IMG/VR virus record: IMGVR_UViG_3300025892_000010
Length of the DNA stretch: 64,000 bases
Direction: 5' to 3' (one strand)
From: a virus
Below the pieces are notes generated by a model. The model saw nothing but the letters and a program-made list of their open reading frames with translations, had not been told where the DNA came from and did not search any database. A program made the position numbers and the translations under genes. Position 1 is the first letter of the stretch. Each line of letters begins with the position of its first letter. This document shows, piece by piece, positions 48,502-59,247 of the stretch.

Positions 48502-51500
48502 TTATCCTAAAATTGGTACGTGAGCTGTGCAATAATATTGACCATCAGGATTACCTTGCATATAACTTCCGCCATATCCGTTTAGATAATATCTATTATC
48601 AAATGATTTATATTCCCAAAAAGCGTAAATCGTGTCAGAGTTATCGCCGTAACCACAACCTCTCATATCTTCAACATTACCTGTTAAAGAAGTAGGAAAT
48701 CTTACTTGGTTAAAGTAGTAACCTTGGAAGTGTTCTTTGTTGTTCTCTGCATTTCTATCGTTTGTTGATGTAGTTGATGACCAACCATTTGAAGATTGAC
48801 CATTTCTATTATCACCAGTATGGAAAACGTGTCCGTCCCAAGTTAAAATTTTTGTTGATAAGTCATTTCCGTGAGGGAAGAATGAAACCATTTTTATTCT
48901 GTGGAAATCTCTTGTTGTGTTTGAGCCAACGTAAACTTTAGGTGTGACAAAACTATTTTGTGTCGTAGCGTTACCATTTCCTAATGAACCGTGGTTATTA
49001 TAACCAGCACATTGAATATTACCTAATGAGTCTTCTATCCACATTTGTGCGTGAGCACCATTACCACCCATCCAGAAATTATTACAATCCGCATTTGAAG
49101 CATTACCACAACCATTTGAACAAATTGTCCAAGTGTTTAATGCTGTTGTGTTACCATTACCCATATGACCTTGGTTATTATAACCTGTTGTATAAATTGT
49201 TCCTCTTTCAGTCAAGATTGCAACCGTATTGTCATCTGAATGGTTTAGACCTTGGAATTTTTTAATTTCACCAACGCCTGTACCATCAAAAGTTACCGTT
49301 GTAACCTCTTGAGGAGTATTTTGGTCTGAAGTATTACCGATACCTAATTGGCCATCTGCATTTCTTCCCCAAACATATAATTTTTTCTCTTTAGTATATG
49401 CATATGCTGAAACATAAGAGTCACCAATTGTCCAAAATGCCTCAATCTCACTATTGTTAAAGTAAGTTGATTTTGAAATTAATTGTGGTGTGTTATAGTT
49501 AGATGTATTGTTTGTACCTAATTGACCATAACCGTTATAACCCCAAGACCATAATTGACCATCTTCGTCAATTGCATAACAAGAGTGAGTATTAGTGTTG
49601 TAACCTTGCCAGTTTGAAATAAAAATTCTTTTAATTCTTGTATCTCTCCAAACGTGTGTTGATGTGTTTGTAGCTAGGAATACGTTTTGATTTGAACCAC
49701 CAACTCTTACGGGGTGGTCTCTGTTTGAAGTTGAAGCGTCACCATTTTGTCCGTGACCACCATAACCCCAATGATAAACTTCACCTGAATTCATCAAGCA
49801 CATACCTGATTGGTAACCACCTTCAATTTGAATTATTTTAGGAACTTCTCCGTCTGGAGTTGTGTGAACACCTGTGCCACCGTTATCTGTACTTCTCCAC
49901 CAATCATAGTGGTTAAATGACATTTGAGTAGCAGTCATAAAATCGTGGTTAAATCCGTTTTGGCCATTTGAGTTTGAACCCCAAGTCCATATATTACCTG
50001 TACCACCGTGGAATACTGGCCAGTTTACACAATGTCTTGATGTTCTTTGACCTGATAGTCTGTAATATTTGTTATCATCACCTAATGGTCCGTTATTAAT
50101 TAACGATACACAATCGTGAGGATTACCTGTATAAATGTTTGAAGCACCTCTAGTTTGTTTAATAGTTGTAGCAACTTGACAAGTTAAGTCTGCACCACCA
50201 CCAAAAATATCTCCATCAAAAGTTAGTGTGTCGCCAACAACATTGTTTTCACCACCTGATAACATACCTGTATCATTAAACCATCTTTGATGTCTTTTAG
50301 AATCAAAAGTTTCAACTCTTTCAACTTCTATTGTAGCTGTACCTGCAACACCAGCGCCATTTACTTGCATTGTAAAGTCAGCAGCACCACCGCCACCTAA
50401 TGAACCATCTGCAATTGTAATTGTTTCGTCATCTACATAACCTGTAGCGCCTATTTTTTTATTTCTTACTGCAACTTGTTCAACGTTGGTTACAGCACCT
50501 GTGCTGTCTACCGTGATATTAAAACTTGCACCTGTTCCTACACCTGTTGTTGCTGATTGAGCAACACCTGTATATGAGCCTGCTGTTCTTGAAGCGTCAG
50601 CAGCTGAAAAATTATCTACTGCTAAAATATCTCCGTTACCTTGAACGGTAATTTTAAAAGCACCTGGATGTGCTACAGCTGATGAGTTTGATGTAGATTT
50701 AGGTGTCACACTTCTAAATACACCTCTTAATCTTGAAGCGTCAGCAGCTGAAATATTATTTACGGTTTGAATTACACCATTGTCTTCATATCTTTCATCA
50801 TCTGATTCATATTCTGCACCAGATTTAATCCAATACATATTTGCATTAGTGTCAATATTTCTGTTGTAAGGTAAAAATCTTTCTGTACCATCTGTTGTAT
50901 GAGCTCTTAAACAAATATAAGCAGATAGTGTTTCTTTCTTTGATTGTGGTTCTTGGTCAGTACCCATATCATTACTGATACCGTGTCTAACGTGAACAAC
51001 ATCATTTTCGTAATATTGTGTTCCGTTTGTATTTACGTGTAAACCTTTCCAACTAAATGAGTTTCTTAAAGGTCTCCAAGTGTCCCAATCTGCAACTACA
51101 ATTTTACCACCATAGTTTGCGCCACCTGTACCTGCTGAAAAGTACCAAATTTCTGAAGGCGTATCTTTATCAAATTCTACTACAACTTTTCTACTTGTTT
51201 TAGTATTAAATTTAGAAGTGGTTACGTAATCTACTTGCGTTACCGTTTCCTCGTTATGATAATAGGTTACACCTGTTGTTAAATAGTTTGAAGTTTGACT
51301 TGTAGCTGATGTAGCAAGAGCCAAAGGTTGGTCATCATTATTATTATTATTTTGGTGAAATATAATTTTATCACCTCTTCTAACATACAAAGTTTGTGCC
51401 CATTCAATAGTTGAAGTCTCATCTGCGTCAATCTGGAATTTAGTAGTTGAGTCGCTTGGGTCAGTTGTTGTTTGTATGTTGTAATAATATTGTGTATTTT

Positions 51501-51657
51501 GTTCTGGTTGTTTACCACTAACACTAGACTCTCTAATATTTAAATAGTCAGTATTGTTCCAGATAACAATATCGTCTTTTTTATATGTAGCTGAACTATC
51601 GTATTCGCCACGATAATTAAACCATAAATTTCCAATTTTTGTTCTAGTGATTGCCAT
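48502..51657 (-). CDS. RCC1-repeat tail/adhesin protein
   Basis: LWSWGYNGYGQLG, LYVWGRNADGQLG repeats. Confidence 0.75.
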   Translation of the reverse strand: MAITRTKIGNLWFNYRGEYDSSATYKKDDIVIWNNTDYLNIRESSVSGKQPEQNTQYYYNIQTTTDPSDSTTKFQIDADETSTIEWAQTLYVRRGDKIIFHQNNNNNDDQPLALATSATSQTSNYLTTGVTYYHNEETVTQVDYVTTSKFNTKTSRKVVVEFDKDTPSEIWYFSAGTGGANYGGKIVVADWDTWRPLRNSFSWKGLHVNTNGTQYYENDVVHVRHGISNDMGTDQEPQSKKETLSAYICLRAHTTDGTERFLPYNRNIDTNANMYWIKSGAEYESDDERYEDNGVIQTVNNISAADASRLRGVFRSVTPKSTSNSSAVAHPGAFKITVQGNGDILAVDNFSAADASRTAGSYTGVAQSATTGVGTGASFNITVDSTGAVTNVEQVAVRNKKIGATGYVDDETITIADGSLGGGGAADFTMQVNGAGVAGTATIEVERVETFDSKRHQRWFNDTGMLSGGENNVVGDTLTFDGDIFGGGADLTCQVATTIKQTRGASNIYTGNPHDCVSLINNGPLGDDNKYYRLSGQRTSRHCVNWPVFHGGTGNIWTWGSNSNGQNGFNHDFMTATQMSFNHYDWWRSTDNGGTGVHTTPDGEVPKIIQIEGGYQSGMCLMNSGEVYHWGYGGHGQNGDASTSNRDHPVRVGGSNQNVFLATNTSTHVWRDTRIKRIFISNWQGYNTNTHSCYAIDEDGQLWSWGYNGYGQLGTNNTSNYNTPQLISKSTYFNNSEIEAFWTIGDSYVSAYAYTKEKKLYVWGRNADGQLGIGNTSDQNTPQEVTTVTFDGTGVGEIKKFQGLNHSDDNTVAILTERGTIYTTGYNNQGHMGNGNTTALNTWTICSNGCGNASNADCNNFWMGGNGAHAQMWIEDSLGNIQCAGYNNHGSLGNGNATTQNSFVTPKVYVGSNTTRDFHRIKMVSFFPHGNDLSTKILTWDGHVFHTGDNRNGQSSNGWSSTTSTNDRNAENNKEHFQGYYFNQVRFPTSLTGNVEDMRGCGYGDNSDTIYAFWEYKSFDNRYYLNGYGGSYMQGNPDGQYYCTAHVPILG
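50587..50753. repeat. 23-nt direct repeat, 2 copies 144 nt apart, in frame
   Basis: TCTTGAAGCGTCAGCAGCTGAAA at 50587-50609 and 50731-50753 (encodes SAADASR). Confidence 0.8.
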
Positions 51658-51680
51658 TGTTTAATCCTATTTATGCCTCA

Positions 51681-54600
51681 TTATTGGTTACTTGGAGTTT
51701 CAGAGGCATCCTCTGTATCTCCTGTTGTTCTATAAACTAAATTACCTGCTTTGTCAATTTCAATTCTCATACTACCATTTATAACTTCAAAACCAACGTT
51801 TTGTTCAGCGCCATTAAATAAAGTATCTTCGTATTGAGTTATTGTATTAAAGTTAGTAATTACTTTTCTGTTTAACTGACCTGTATCTCTATCAAAAGAT
51901 AAAGTCTGTAAATTAGGTGTCACATTTTCATCAACATAACCTTTGTTAACAATATGTGTACTCGCTGTCGGCGATATACTAGTTGTTGGTATAGTTGTAA
52001 AGTTAACCGTGTTTCCAGTTGAAGCTGAAATGTTTGAACCTGCGATTGTTATTTCACCGATTACAGCAGAGTTAACCGTTAAGTTGTTATTACCACCACC
52101 TAATTGATTTTCTACAAATGTTCTAATTGCTTTCTCGGTAACGAGAGCATTATCAGAATTATCACCCATAGTACCGTCAGTTGAAAACTCATTAATTGTT
52201 GCACCAAAATTTCCTAATGCAACTGAACCTAGAGATAATTGTCTCAAACCAGAAAGGTCAAAGGCTTCTGCGTTCAAAGTTGCCTTACCTGTTGATTGTT
52301 CTACTCTAAACAATTCACCAACTCTAAAGTTACCATCTTGGTCGGTTGAAGTATAGAATACTCTACCTCTATCTAAATCATCAACTTCATCACTTTGGTC
52401 CGGTTGTTGTGTATAACCATTTAAATCAGGATAGTTTGTTGTTGCAATACCACCTGTACCAATATCTAGGAAGTCGTGACCTGTTAATCTTATGTTAGAA
52501 TATTTTTCTCTAACCGTAGCAGTTGTTCCGTGTGATGGAGCATTTGCTTTTGAAATATTTGGCGATACTTCTAAACTTGTTATACCACCGTTTGCGTGTG
52601 ATAATATGGTTACAATAATATAACTTACACTTGAAGCATTTGAAAATACTATACTTGAACCTGCTTTTGGTTGACTTGATAAACCTGAAGTTTTTACCGT
52701 TGCACCAACTGGTAATATTTCAGCATAACCATCACCACTTACGGTTGCTGTTGTGTTTTCTTGTTTGTAACCTGAACCGGCAGCTGCATAAGTCCATCTT
52801 GAAATTACGCCATCTCCAATTGTAGCAGTACCTGTTCCTAAAGTTGTTGCGTTAGGGTCAGTTACCGTAATTGAAGGCGCTGATGAATAACCTGCACCAC
52901 CATCAAGTATTAAGAATTTTTTAATAATTTGGTTTTCAATTATAACTCTTGCTAATGCGTTTCTTGTAGGAGAACCACCACCTGAAATGGAAACTCTTGG
53001 CTCAATTTCATAACTTGCTGTTGCGTTAGGAGCAACTGCAACACTTGTTGGACCAAATACGTCAAAACCTGGATTACCGTCTTCTTTAAACATTGTAGCA
53101 GTTTTAGTTGCTGCTGTGTATGTTCCAACGTAACCAGTTTGACCTGAACCTGTACCATCTGTAATTGTAAGTCTCATACCATTATAGAAGTTGTTTGCTT
53201 GAGTATCAGAGGCAGCTAATCTAATTGTTGTTGTTGTTCCGCCTTGAGCAACACCAACGGTAGTAAAGTGACCTGCACCGTTAGTTGCTACATCAATATA
53301 TTTTACTGCACCGTCAGCAAAGTCGGCAGTAAAGTTAGCATTTGCGCCTGAACCATTAATTGTTTCTGTAGCAGATGTATAAGTTTCACCTGCGTATTCT
53401 TGTTCTAATCTGTAAACACCAGCATTTGATACTAATGCTCTACCAATGATTGCTTCATTGTCTCTATTAGTTACCGTTGCTGTTAAAGGAGTTTCGTTTG
53501 CGTCAACACCTGAAGCAACTGAACCTTTTTCACCATACGAGTTGTTAGAGTTTAGTGAACGAATGACAGCACCACTATCACATAGATAACCTACGTGGCA
53601 GTAATAAGTAAATACTGATACTAATTCTGATTTTGCACCACCTTTTGCCCAACAACCGATACCACCATCAAGAACTTGCGTAAAGTCATTTGCAAGAATT
53701 GATTTGAAACCTGCGTTGTGTAAAGTACCATCAATTTTAATACCTGTTGCTCTTGAACCTATTGATGAGCAGTTTTGTACGAAAGGTGACCTAGCAACAA
53801 TGTGTACAGACGTATCTGTTGGACCTGTTCCTGGGTCTAAAGAAACAACTGAACCAGAAGCGTTAGAGCCTGTTCCCTCTGTTAATCTTGTTAGACCATC
53901 TGAACTAGCTGAACTTGCTAATTGACCTGTCATACCACTAAATGTCATACCTGATAAAGTACAAGAGTCATTTAGATAAAACATTGATTGTCTATTATTA
54001 GGTGTAGAGTTATCACTTGAAATACCTGCACCAGCACCATTGTTTGTTGTAGTGTCTGGAGAAACGGTAACACTTCGTAAGTTATCACCGATAAGAGCAG
54101 TTTTTCTCGGAACTTTAATAGGCAATTGCTCTGTATATGTTCCTGTTTCTATTTTAACCGTTTTAAAATTTGTTGTGTCTGAAGCTAATTGAGTACAAGC
54201 ATATTTGATTGTTCTCCAAGGTAATTCTGGAGTAGTACCTCTGCCTGTGTCTGTATTATCTGTACCTAGTGTTGATACATAATAAACTTTGTTACCGACA
54301 CTTGGATAAGACCAAGTTAAATCAGTACCATCTGATTTTAAGAAACTACCTGCTGAACCAATTGGCAATCTAACTCGTTGAGTTGCGTCTCTTGTAAGAA
54401 TATCACCTCTTGTAGTTAGTGTTGCGTTTGAATCACCTTCAGCTAATAGGTTCCAATCTGTTTGACCTGATACATCTGGTCTGTTTGACGCTGACGCTGT
54501 ATGATTTGTAATTGCTCTATAAGAAGAAGAGCCGTGAGATACTGCGTCACCAATTTTGTATGCTGTGCCACTTGTCCAATTGCTTCTCCAGAAAATACCT

Positions 54601-55397
54601 TCAACAACTAAATCCCAATATGAGTTAGTTGTACCTGATGGTTCATTTCCTGTTCCGTCAATCTTAGCCACATAATAATGACCACCGTGGTTAACGGTAT
54701 CACCAGTTTTGTATGCTGTAGAATTTGACCAAGTACCTGTGTTATTAAATCCTGTTGATAATAATTTCCAATCTGAAGAGTTGTTATAAGGTAAAACGTT
54801 GTTGTTTGCTCTTTCAGCAACATATTGATAACCACCGTAGGTTACAATATCACCTAATTGATAAAGTGTTGAACTTGCCCAACTATCCTCAAATTCTAAA
54901 CCTGATACGAATAAATTAAATTTAGTTTCGTCTAGTGTTGCACCTGAAGAAGTATGTTGTGTAGTACAAACATATAAACTTGCACCGTATTTTACAACGT
55001 CATCATTTCTGTATGCTGTAGATGTTGTCCAAACACCTCTCCAACCGAAACCTCCGGCAAATACTTGCCATTTTGAAGTATCGTCATATAAATCTGCTTG
55101 TGATGTATGTCCAGTAATACATCTGTATGTTGAACCACCAAAGGTTACAATGTCATCAACTTTGTAAAGTGTTGTAGCCGCCCAATTACCTTTGTAATCA
55201 AGACCTCCAACCATTTGTTCCCATTTGGCTGTTGCGTGGTTTAAATCTGTATAGAAATCTGTATCTGCTGTGTGGTTTACTAGACAAACGAATGAATTTC
55301 CTCCGTAAGTAATCACATCATCTTTGATGTAAGCTGTTGAAGTAGTCCAAGCACCTTTGAAGTGAAACTTTAATCTACCTAGTATAAAATCTGCCAT
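51681..55397 (-). CDS. Large tail fibre with tandem WxxxTxYxxxDxV modules and a beta-helix-like domain
   Basis: About six W(T/A/S)xxTxYxxxDxVxxGG repeats; YYVSTLGTD...PWRTIKYA entry to the beta-helix. Confidence 0.75.
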   Translation of the reverse strand: MADFILGRLKFHFKGAWTTSTAYIKDDVITYGGNSFVCLVNHTADTDFYTDLNHATAKWEQMVGGLDYKGNWAATTLYKVDDIVTFGGSTYRCITGHTSQADLYDDTSKWQVFAGGFGWRGVWTTSTAYRNDDVVKYGASLYVCTTQHTSSGATLDETKFNLFVSGLEFEDSWASSTLYQLGDIVTYGGYQYVAERANNNVLPYNNSSDWKLLSTGFNNTGTWSNSTAYKTGDTVNHGGHYYVAKIDGTGNEPSGTTNSYWDLVVEGIFWRSNWTSGTAYKIGDAVSHGSSSYRAITNHTASASNRPDVSGQTDWNLLAEGDSNATLTTRGDILTRDATQRVRLPIGSAGSFLKSDGTDLTWSYPSVGNKVYYVSTLGTDNTDTGRGTTPELPWRTIKYACTQLASDTTNFKTVKIETGTYTEQLPIKVPRKTALIGDNLRSVTVSPDTTTNNGAGAGISSDNSTPNNRQSMFYLNDSCTLSGMTFSGMTGQLASSASSDGLTRLTEGTGSNASGSVVSLDPGTGPTDTSVHIVARSPFVQNCSSIGSRATGIKIDGTLHNAGFKSILANDFTQVLDGGIGCWAKGGAKSELVSVFTYYCHVGYLCDSGAVIRSLNSNNSYGEKGSVASGVDANETPLTATVTNRDNEAIIGRALVSNAGVYRLEQEYAGETYTSATETINGSGANANFTADFADGAVKYIDVATNGAGHFTTVGVAQGGTTTTIRLAASDTQANNFYNGMRLTITDGTGSGQTGYVGTYTAATKTATMFKEDGNPGFDVFGPTSVAVAPNATASYEIEPRVSISGGGSPTRNALARVIIENQIIKKFLILDGGAGYSSAPSITVTDPNATTLGTGTATIGDGVISRWTYAAAGSGYKQENTTATVSGDGYAEILPVGATVKTSGLSSQPKAGSSIVFSNASSVSYIIVTILSHANGGITSLEVSPNISKANAPSHGTTATVREKYSNIRLTGHDFLDIGTGGIATTNYPDLNGYTQQPDQSDEVDDLDRGRVFYTSTDQDGNFRVGELFRVEQSTGKATLNAEAFDLSGLRQLSLGSVALGNFGATINEFSTDGTMGDNSDNALVTEKAIRTFVENQLGGGNNNLTVNSAVIGEITIAGSNISASTGNTVNFTTIPTTSISPTASTHIVNKGYVDENVTPNLQTLSFDRDTGQLNRKVITNFNTITQYEDTLFNGAEQNVGFEVINGSMRIEIDKAGNLVYRTTGDTEDASETPSNQ

Positions 55398-55415
55398 TTT
55401 ACTTCCCTATATTTT

Positions 55416-55862
55416 TTACTGCCAGTTTCTTGTTTCGCCATCTTGCGAAGCACCATACTGGTACGAGTCATTAATTCTTAACACAATGTTCCCATTTGCG
55501 TCCATAAAGTATGTAGCATTATTTTCATCAAAAACGTGCTGTTCATACTTTCTAAATTTCGTGTTTGGTTCTCTCGGGTCAGTAGAAGAACTATATGCTT
55601 TAGGTATCTCATTAATATTTGTACCTACTGCATAACTACCACTCGCTTTTTTCAATTCATTTACTTGAAAGTCTGCAACTGAACTATATGCTAAACCCTC
55701 TCCATTATCCATTTGAATAGTATTACTTTCAAACCAATTCACTTTAGAGTACGTTAGAAGTCCTGTCTCGTCTCTGTTTAGAGCGTGAAAACTATAATCA
55801 GCCGTAATAGTTTTGCCGTTTGCGTCTTTGGCAACATATTGTTTATTTACGACTAAAGACAT
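55416..55862 (-). CDS. Hypothetical virion protein
   Basis: Late promoter and SD; LNRDETGLL similar to the C-terminus of the adjacent fibre (FDRDTGQL). Confidence 0.55.
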   Translation of the reverse strand: MSLVVNKQYVAKDANGKTITADYSFHALNRDETGLLTYSKVNWFESNTIQMDNGEGLAYSSVADFQVNELKKASGSYAVGTNINEIPKAYSSSTDPREPNTKFRKYEQHVFDENNATYFMDANGNIVLRINDSYQYGASQDGETRNWQ

Positions 55863-55909
55863 TCTAATGTTCTCCTAACTTAAATCCTATGTATATTTAT
55901 AAAAGTTTA

Positions 55910-56239
55910 TTATGTTAATTCTAAAATTGACAAAAAACATTCCAAAGTATTGTTTGAGCCATATATTCTAATTTTGTCACCAGGTTCAAGGTTTATTGGC
56001 TTGTCAATTTGAAGCGAATCAGCAGGCGGAACTTCGCCATTTGTGATTACACTTCTAAAAGTTGTACCACCGTCAATTGTTACCTTTATGGTTACTTTTT
56101 CAGCAGACGTAGCCGCTGTATTTGATACCATAATTGCGTGAAGAACGGCTCTAGTAGAAGCTGGAGCTGTGTATATATCAGCAGTTGCGTCATCTACTAA
56201 TACACATTGAGCACCTGCGTTTTTAAATACTGAAGCCAT
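55910..56239 (-). CDS. Small virion structural protein
   Basis: IYTAPAST...INLEPGDKIRI...SILE pattern. Confidence 0.6.
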   Translation of the reverse strand: MASVFKNAGAQCVLVDDATADIYTAPASTRAVLHAIMVSNTAATSAEKVTIKVTIDGGTTFRSVITNGEVPPADSLQIDKPINLEPGDKIRIYGSNNTLECFLSILELT

Positions 56240-56240
56240 A

Positions 56241-56672
56241 TTATCCTCCTAAAGCAATTGCAAAAGCAATAGCGTCACCCTCACCTGTCAATGGGTCACC
56301 TGTTGTAGTACCGTCTTTTGTCAAGTTTCCGGTAGTAATAACATCACCATTTACGTTAGGTAATCTAATAACTCTATCACCAGTTGGTTCAACAACTTTT
56401 AAAGTTGTTTCAAAAGCGTTTTCTAAAAGTCCTTCAAATATTAGATTTGAACCGTTAAGAATAATATCATTTGTAGAAATATTACCGTTAGTGGTAACGT
56501 CTTGTAAAATTACTGAACCTGCACCACCTAATTCTTTAACCGTACCGTTTTGTAATTTAGTATAAAACTTACCGTCAGAGGCGTTCATAGCCAATTCGCC
56601 GACTTCCATTACAGCGGAAGCTGGTATGGCTAATGGGGTAAATGAACGTTTTGGTTTAATTACGGTTGACAT
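56241..56672 (-). CDS. Tail-fibre-associated protein
   Basis: IKPKRS...GELAMN...DGKFY head; AIAFAIALG end. Confidence 0.6.
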   Translation of the reverse strand: MSTVIKPKRSFTPLAIPASAVMEVGELAMNASDGKFYTKLQNGTVKELGGAGSVILQDVTTNGNISTNDIILNGSNLIFEGLLENAFETTLKVVEPTGDRVIRLPNVNGDVITTGNLTKDGTTTGDPLTGEGDAIAFAIALGG

Positions 56673-56890
56673 TATCTTTTATTCTTTACTTTAAATTTAA
56701 TTTTGTTAATTAGTTTTTGTTTTGTAAGTCTTCTATCTAATTCTATACCGATTTTTCTACCGATATTTTCTAATTCTTTTTTAGTTTTATATTGTAAATC
56801 ACCTATTCTTATTACTGCACTTTTCTTCTTTGGTTTAGAGTCATAAGATTTTACAACACCATCAAACCATTTTTTAATAATTGAAAACAC
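56672..56890 (-). CDS. Small basic protein with Rho-N/HeH-like motif
   Basis: KTKKELENIGRKIGIELDRRLTKQKLI. Confidence 0.45.
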   Translation of the reverse strand: MFSIIKKWFDGVVKSYDSKPKKKSAVIRIGDLQYKTKKELENIGRKIGIELDRRLTKQKLINKIKFKVKNKR

Positions 56891-58608
56891 TAGAAAGACC
56901 CTCCGTCAATAGTGCTAATTTCAACATCACCTGAAGTCACGTCAAAATTATTTACGTTAAATTTTGCAACACCGATATTTGAATTACTTGCTAATTCACC
57001 AGCGATTGTTAATGTGCCACCTGAAGCAATTGTGTTTATTCCTTCACCAGCTAAAAACTCTAAAGTACCTTCTAATGCTACTTGACCTTGCGTTGAAGAT
57101 TCGTCTGTAAAGAATACCGTAGGATTATTTAATTTACTTGTTGAGATACTACCTGCTAACATAGCGTCTGTAATACCTAAAGCTTTAACTCTTAATTGGT
57201 CAACATTAACCTCTATTGAAGAGTCATCTACTTCTACATCAAGTCTATTACCTGTTTTACTTAAAGCTGCACCGGCGTCAATTTGACCTGCGCCAGAAAA
57301 TTGTGCTACATCTAAACTTGTTGTACCAAAAGTTGGAGCACCTGTGTGTGTAAATACATAACCGTTATCTGCGTTAGCAGTACCTTCTTCTACGAATACG
57401 AAAGCACCACCTGATAATTCACTAGGTTGGTCTTCAGGAGTTGCTCTTGTTAATACAAAAGCAGTTGAACCATCACCTTGCGTTGTTACCGAGTAAATAC
57501 CATTTTCAGAAGCAGTTGATTGATTTTTAACTAATATTCTATCACCAACAACTGGAGAAACACCATCAAGTGTTATTGCACCGTTAGAGCCTGCTGTTAA
57601 TGTTGCACCTACACCTGAACTTCCGTTATTGTAAGTTGCTGATAAGTCAGCAGTTGTAGCTGCTCTACAAGATGGTTTAGTATCTAAACCTTGAGCAACT
57701 TGGTCAACGTATGCTTTGTTTGCTAATGATTGACTATCAAAACCACTTCTATCTTCGTAACCACTAGGAACTTTTACCGTACCTGTACCGTGTGGATTGA
57801 TATTAATATCTTTGTTTGCTGTACCTGTTGATAATGTTTGACCGTTAATTGTAATATCATCTACAACTAATGAAGTTAAACCACCAATGTCAGTTGTTGT
57901 TGAACCTAATGTTAATGTAGAATTACCTAAAATAGTTTCACCATTTGTAGATAATTTAGCATTGGTAACTGCGTCATCAGCTATTTGAATTGTGTCAACA
58001 CCAGAATTTGATATATTAAAAGTAACCTGATTGTTTGTAATTGCTGAATCAATACCAGTACCACCTGTAAATGTCAAAGTCTCATTTGTATTGTATATGT
58101 CTGTACCTGTATCACCAGCTAAATCTATGTTTGAAAAGATTGTTTCAAATGCTAGGTTACCAGCACCATCAGTTTTCATAAACTGACCTGCTGTACCGTC
58201 TCCGTTAGGTAATGTAAATGTTGTTGAAGCTGTTGTACTATTCGGTGCTTTCAAGGCAACAAAGTTTGTACCGTTATTAGTACCCTCTGCTAATTTAATT
58301 TGACCACCAATAGTTGCTGAATTACCTACAATCAATTCGTCTATTGCTTTGTTTGCGTCAACAATGATTGTTGAGTTGGCAGTTAATGTGCCGTGAGCGT
58401 GGTCATTTAAATCTGAAAAATATTTACCACCGATAACGTCAATACTTGTTGCGTTACCATTTGAATCTACTGAACCTGTTCCTATGAAAAGTCTATCACC
58501 TAAATTTGCTTGAGTACCTGCACCATATGTGAGACCCATTTCACCTTGTTTAAGTGTTGATGGTGATGAAGAACCTGAACTACGTTTTATCTGAATTATA
58601 GTTGCCAT
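56890..58608 (-). CDS. Tail fibre protein
   Basis: IQIKRSS head, ANKAYVD, GDRILVKNQ...ENGIY, IDGGSF end. Confidence 0.8.
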   Translation of the reverse strand: MATIIQIKRSSGSSSPSTLKQGEMGLTYGAGTQANLGDRLFIGTGSVDSNGNATSIDVIGGKYFSDLNDHAHGTLTANSTIIVDANKAIDELIVGNSATIGGQIKLAEGTNNGTNFVALKAPNSTTASTTFTLPNGDGTAGQFMKTDGAGNLAFETIFSNIDLAGDTGTDIYNTNETLTFTGGTGIDSAITNNQVTFNISNSGVDTIQIADDAVTNAKLSTNGETILGNSTLTLGSTTTDIGGLTSLVVDDITINGQTLSTGTANKDININPHGTGTVKVPSGYEDRSGFDSQSLANKAYVDQVAQGLDTKPSCRAATTADLSATYNNGSSGVGATLTAGSNGAITLDGVSPVVGDRILVKNQSTASENGIYSVTTQGDGSTAFVLTRATPEDQPSELSGGAFVFVEEGTANADNGYVFTHTGAPTFGTTSLDVAQFSGAGQIDAGAALSKTGNRLDVEVDDSSIEVNVDQLRVKALGITDAMLAGSISTSKLNNPTVFFTDESSTQGQVALEGTLEFLAGEGINTIASGGTLTIAGELASNSNIGVAKFNVNNFDVTSGDVEISTIDGGSF

Positions 58609-58617
58609 ATTTTATCC

Positions 58618-58866
58618 CTAAAAGTTACCACAATTGAATAAGAGCGTTCCGGTTGTGGTTACTATCTCCGTTCTGGTTACAAATTTACCATCTGAAGCTC
58701 TGTATTGTAATAATGCGCCATCATCTAATTCAGTTGTATCAACGTCACCTAATAATTTTAATTGTAAAGTGCTGTTCCCGGCTGCCTGAGCTGAGGGTAA
58801 GGTTACTGCTACTTTTTGTGGACCGGCACTTGTATTTACATTAATTTTAGCTGTTATATCAGGCAT
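58618..58866 (-). CDS. Small tail-associated protein
   Basis: LGDVD...LDDGALLQY repeat typical of fibres. Confidence 0.55.
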   Translation of the reverse strand: MPDITAKINVNTSAGPQKVAVTLPSAQAAGNSTLQLKLLGDVDTTELDDGALLQYRASDGKFVTRTEIVTTTGTLLFNCGNF

Positions 58867-58911
58867 TAATCTCCCTCTCTTTACTATATTTATAACAAAA
58901 ACTAGCTAGAA

Positions 58912-59247
58912 TTATAGAGAGACCTGTGGTCTAACTGATATAACGCCTTCAATTACTCTGGTAACGACATCACCGGTTTGAATTTCTAGGTCATAAACAT
59001 ACCTAGTATCTTCAAGGGCTGAGGTTTGTGTGGCAGATAGAGTTAAGGTCACTACTCCTGAAGCTGCGTCTGAAGCAATAGTAGTAGTAAAATCTGTTCT
59101 CGTTCTTGTTGAGGCATAACCTTTAGCTAATTTTGCTCTCGCTGTATAACCAGCAAGATTAAAAGGGTTACCATTTGCGTCTTTTACCGTCACATCCGAA
59201 GTAAAAGAAGCGCCTTGGTCTATTTGTAAATTAGCTATAGCCGCCAT
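58912..59247 (-). CDS. Conserved baseplate/fibre adaptor-like protein
   Basis: NLQIDQGASF, RYVYDLEI, RVIEG. Confidence 0.65.
   Translation of the reverse strand: MAAIANLQIDQGASFTSDVTVKDANGNPFNLAGYTARAKLAKGYASTRTRTDFTTTIASDAASGVVTLTLSATQTSALEDTRYVYDLEIQTGDVVTRVIEGVISVRPQVSL

Noticed and set aside
42127-55397. Diversity-generating retroelement or CRISPR-like array in the repeat-rich adhesin genes
   Set aside because: Repeats are protein-level and degenerate in DNA; no reverse transcriptase, template/variable repeat pair or spacer array seen
373-58844. Many short plus-strand and alternate-frame ORFs in the track (e.g. 2616..2975, 5820..6410, 33306..33674, 14867..15205)
   Set aside because: Shadows of well-supported minus-strand genes with no motifs or translation signals
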